Made by a program: the position numbers and the translations under genes
DNA from: Escherichia phage ESCO5
Sequence record: NC_047776.2
Length of the DNA stretch: 64,000 bases
Reading direction: 5' to 3' (one strand)
In this document: positions 61,884-64,000 of the stretch, piece by piece
How the letters are laid out: every line of letters begins with the position of its first letter
Numbering within the stretch: position 1 is the stretch's first letter
Notes under the pieces: model-generated
The model's input: only the letters and a program-made list of their open reading frames with translations
What the model was told of the DNA's origin: nothing
Databases searched by the model: none

Positions 61884-63449
61884 GTGTCAACAGGAAAAAG
61901 AACGTACACTAAAAAGTCAGAATACTGGGACAAAGGTGCTGCAAATAAAGCTGCTCTCTCTCCAACAAAAGAAGCAGAGAAAGAGAAAACGTTACTCCTG
62001 TCACCTGAAATAGGAACGATCGGATTAAACTCAATCAAAGCATTTACGAATTTCATGCAGCCTTATGAGACTCGTTTCCCAGAATGTATTCGAACTTTTA
62101 AAGAGATGGGTGAAGACCCTGATGTAGCTACTGCTCTTGATGCTACGTATATCTTTGTAGATAGAGCATTCTTTGATTTTAAGATAAAATACAATGTAAG
62201 CTCGGCAAAGTCAAGAAAAGCTGCTAAGTTTATCGATTATATGTTACGTAATATGCAAGCCCCTCTACGTCAATATGTTAGATCACTTTTGACATATAAG
62301 CAATACGGGTTTGCATTCGCAGAAAAAGTTTATGAGTTGGATGAAGATCCTAAGAGTCCTTACTTTGGGTATTGGCGATTAACTAAGCTGGCTTTTAGAC
62401 CACAAGATACTCTTCACATGGCTCAACCTTTTACATATTCGGCAGACGGACGTTCTATCTTGTCTGTTAACCAGAATATCACCAATACAATGTTAGCCCC
62501 AGGTAATACAACTTTAGAAACTGGTATTAAAGAAATTCCTTTCAGTAAAGTTTTATTTGTTGGTAGCAACATTACAGAGAATAACCCACTAGGAGTTAGT
62601 CCGCTTTTAGCTGTATATCGTAGCTGGCGTGAAAAATCTCTTATTCAGGAATTTGAGGTTATTGGGGTATCTAAAGATTTAGGCGGTATGCCAGTTCTTA
62701 AGGTTCCAAGTGACATTCTAAACAGGGCATCTTTAGATCCTGCTGGGGATGAAGCACAATCTCTTCGAGTTCTCCAAGCCAACATCGCTAACCTGCACTC
62801 TGGTGAGCAAGCCTACATGGTATTGCCTTCAGACGTTTATGAAGGTACAGTGATGCGTCAATACGATCTTGTATTCCAAGGTGTTGATGGCACGGGTAAA
62901 CAGTTTGACACTCAAGCACTAATCAAACAACGCAAACTAGATATTTATAACCGCTTTGGTGCGGGTGTGTTGATTATGGGTGATGGTGATGCAGGAAGTT
63001 TTGCGCTTTCTGACAACAAACAAACACTATTGTCTCATTTTATTGAGCGAGATGTAGATATTGTTGTAGAAGCTATAAACTCTCAACTAATCCCTCAAAC
63101 ACTACGACTAAACAATATCTTCCTTTCTGATGAAGATATGCCTAAGTTTGTCAGTGGTGAAATGGGTGATCCTGATATTGAAGTAAATGCTAAAGCTATT
63201 CAACAGTTGGTAGCCTCTGGTGCAATACCTTTAACCCCAGAAGTTATTAACGAGTTCCTTGAAAAAATTGGTTTTGAATATCGCATCCCTGACGATATTG
63301 TTGCCAATAAAGAGAAATTCTTTGAATTCATGGATAACTATATGCCTGACAAAACTTCACGATCAGGAGATGGTTTAGCTACAGCAGGGACTGGAACATC
63401 TGATACTGTTTCTGCTTTAGATCCTTCAGCACAAAACCTGTCGAATTAA
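61884..63449 (+). CDS. Putative portal protein
   Basis: 521-aa ORF immediately downstream of the terminase; GTG start after GGAGG; call is positional. Confidence 0.5.
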   Translation: MSTGKRTYTKKSEYWDKGAANKAALSPTKEAEKEKTLLLSPEIGTIGLNSIKAFTNFMQPYETRFPECIRTFKEMGEDPDVATALDATYIFVDRAFFDFKIKYNVSSAKSRKAAKFIDYMLRNMQAPLRQYVRSLLTYKQYGFAFAEKVYELDEDPKSPYFGYWRLTKLAFRPQDTLHMAQPFTYSADGRSILSVNQNITNTMLAPGNTTLETGIKEIPFSKVLFVGSNITENNPLGVSPLLAVYRSWREKSLIQEFEVIGVSKDLGGMPVLKVPSDILNRASLDPAGDEAQSLRVLQANIANLHSGEQAYMVLPSDVYEGTVMRQYDLVFQGVDGTGKQFDTQALIKQRKLDIYNRFGAGVLIMGDGDAGSFALSDNKQTLLSHFIERDVDIVVEAINSQLIPQTLRLNNIFLSDEDMPKFVSGEMGDPDIEVNAKAIQQLVASGAIPLTPEVINEFLEKIGFEYRIPDDIVANKEKFFEFMDNYMPDKTSRSGDGLATAGTGTSDTVSALDPSAQNLSN

Positions 63450-63477
63450 AAATATTTAATATTTTTTAATTTTTCTA

Positions 63478-63506
63478 TTGACAAAACAACAAATATCCTG
63501 TAGACT
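63478..63506 (+). promoter_or_regulatory. Sigma70-like promoter (TTGACA, 17 nt spacer, TAGACT)
   Basis: Consensus -35 upstream of the ORF at 63543. Confidence 0.4.
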
Positions 63507-63542
63507 AAGATTTATGGGATATCTGTTTTTAAGAGGTTTCAA

Positions 63543-64000
63543 ATGGAACTCAATAAAGATACACTGTGGGAACTCTTCAAAACCTTCGCTGGTTTTAAAG
63601 AGAATTCTGAATCCCAACAAGATTCTATACCATCTCAAAAACCTGAAACTTTAGTCAAACAAAATAAATTTGATGAAGAAAAGATGCAGGTTATTGAGGT
63701 CTTGTATTGTCCACCTGAAGAAGACGATCTCCACGGAGAGCGCATGTCTGATTTGGAAATCAGGAAGATGGTTGACAACTTCAATGAGAATATTACCAAC
63801 ATTAGTGGTAATCTTGGTCACATGAAGAACACCGATAAGTTTTCTCCAATTAAAGCTTGGGTAAATGAAGTTGATTGTTACATTGGTGACGAACTCGTTG
63901 TGGAAGGAACTCCCCTCGTTAAAATCCAATTCAACGACCCTGAATTATATCAAGCTCGTAAAGACGGCGTTCTTAAAGGTTTGAGTATAGGCGCAATGGG
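63543..64000 (+). CDS. Head-morphogenesis protein (possibly prohead protease or scaffold), 3'-truncated by the window
   Basis: Open frame from ATG 63543 to the window end; call is positional. Confidence 0.35.
   Translation, partial: MELNKDTLWELFKTFAGFKENSESQQDSIPSQKPETLVKQNKFDEEKMQVIEVLYCPPEEDDLHGERMSDLEIRKMVDNFNENITNISGNLGHMKNTDKFSPIKAWVNEVDCYIGDELVVEGTPLVKIQFNDPELYQARKDGVLKGLSIGAM

Noticed and set aside
63456-63929. Two minus-strand ORFs (63456-63638 and 63651-63929)
   Set aside because: Antisense to the uninterrupted plus-strand frame that starts at 63543 with a promoter and Shine-Dalgarno sequence.

Overview
This window reads as a segment of a large, AT-rich lytic tailed-phage genome with Enterobacteria-like tRNAs and sigma70-type TTGACA promoters; no host genes are recognisable. 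It has three transcriptional blocks. (1) 1-17132, plus strand: about 50 small, tightly packed early-type ORFs, nearly all of unknown function, including a five-copy paralogous family and a small serine recombinase. (2) 17202-54730, minus strand: a nucleotide/DNA/RNA-metabolism block with class Ia ribonucleotide reductase (nrdA/nrdB), NrdC-like glutaredoxin, a divergent ThyX-like protein, HAD-type nucleotidase, MazG-like NTPase, PhoH, T4-type lysozyme, HslV-like peptidase, Sir2-like protein, two DNA-methyltransferase-like genes, two metallophosphoesterases, a T4 RNase H-like flap endonuclease, a DEDD exonuclease, an RdgC-like protein, an RNA-repair-like cassette (Pnk-type kinase, Rnl1-like ligase, a second ligase-like gene), AP2-domain and HNH homing-endonuclease-like genes, and a complete four-gene dTDP-L-rhamnose pathway (rmlB-rmlA-rmlC-rmlD). 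(3) 55213-64000, plus strand: small ORFs, a tRNA cluster of about 12 tRNAs plus tRNA-like remnants, an overlapping spanin-like pair, a large terminase subunit interrupted by a mini-intein in its P-loop, a putative portal gene and the start of a head-morphogenesis gene. The candidates most likely to represent something undescribed are the phage-borne rhamnose pathway embedded among pyrimidine-metabolism genes (possible DNA or virion glycosylation), the three-gene RNA-repair cassette, the flap endonuclease with no canonical start codon, two families of small paralogous proteins, and a type-II-shaped tRNA carrying a GUU anticodon. All calls were made by eye from sequence motifs and the supplied ORF track; no database search or folding program was run.
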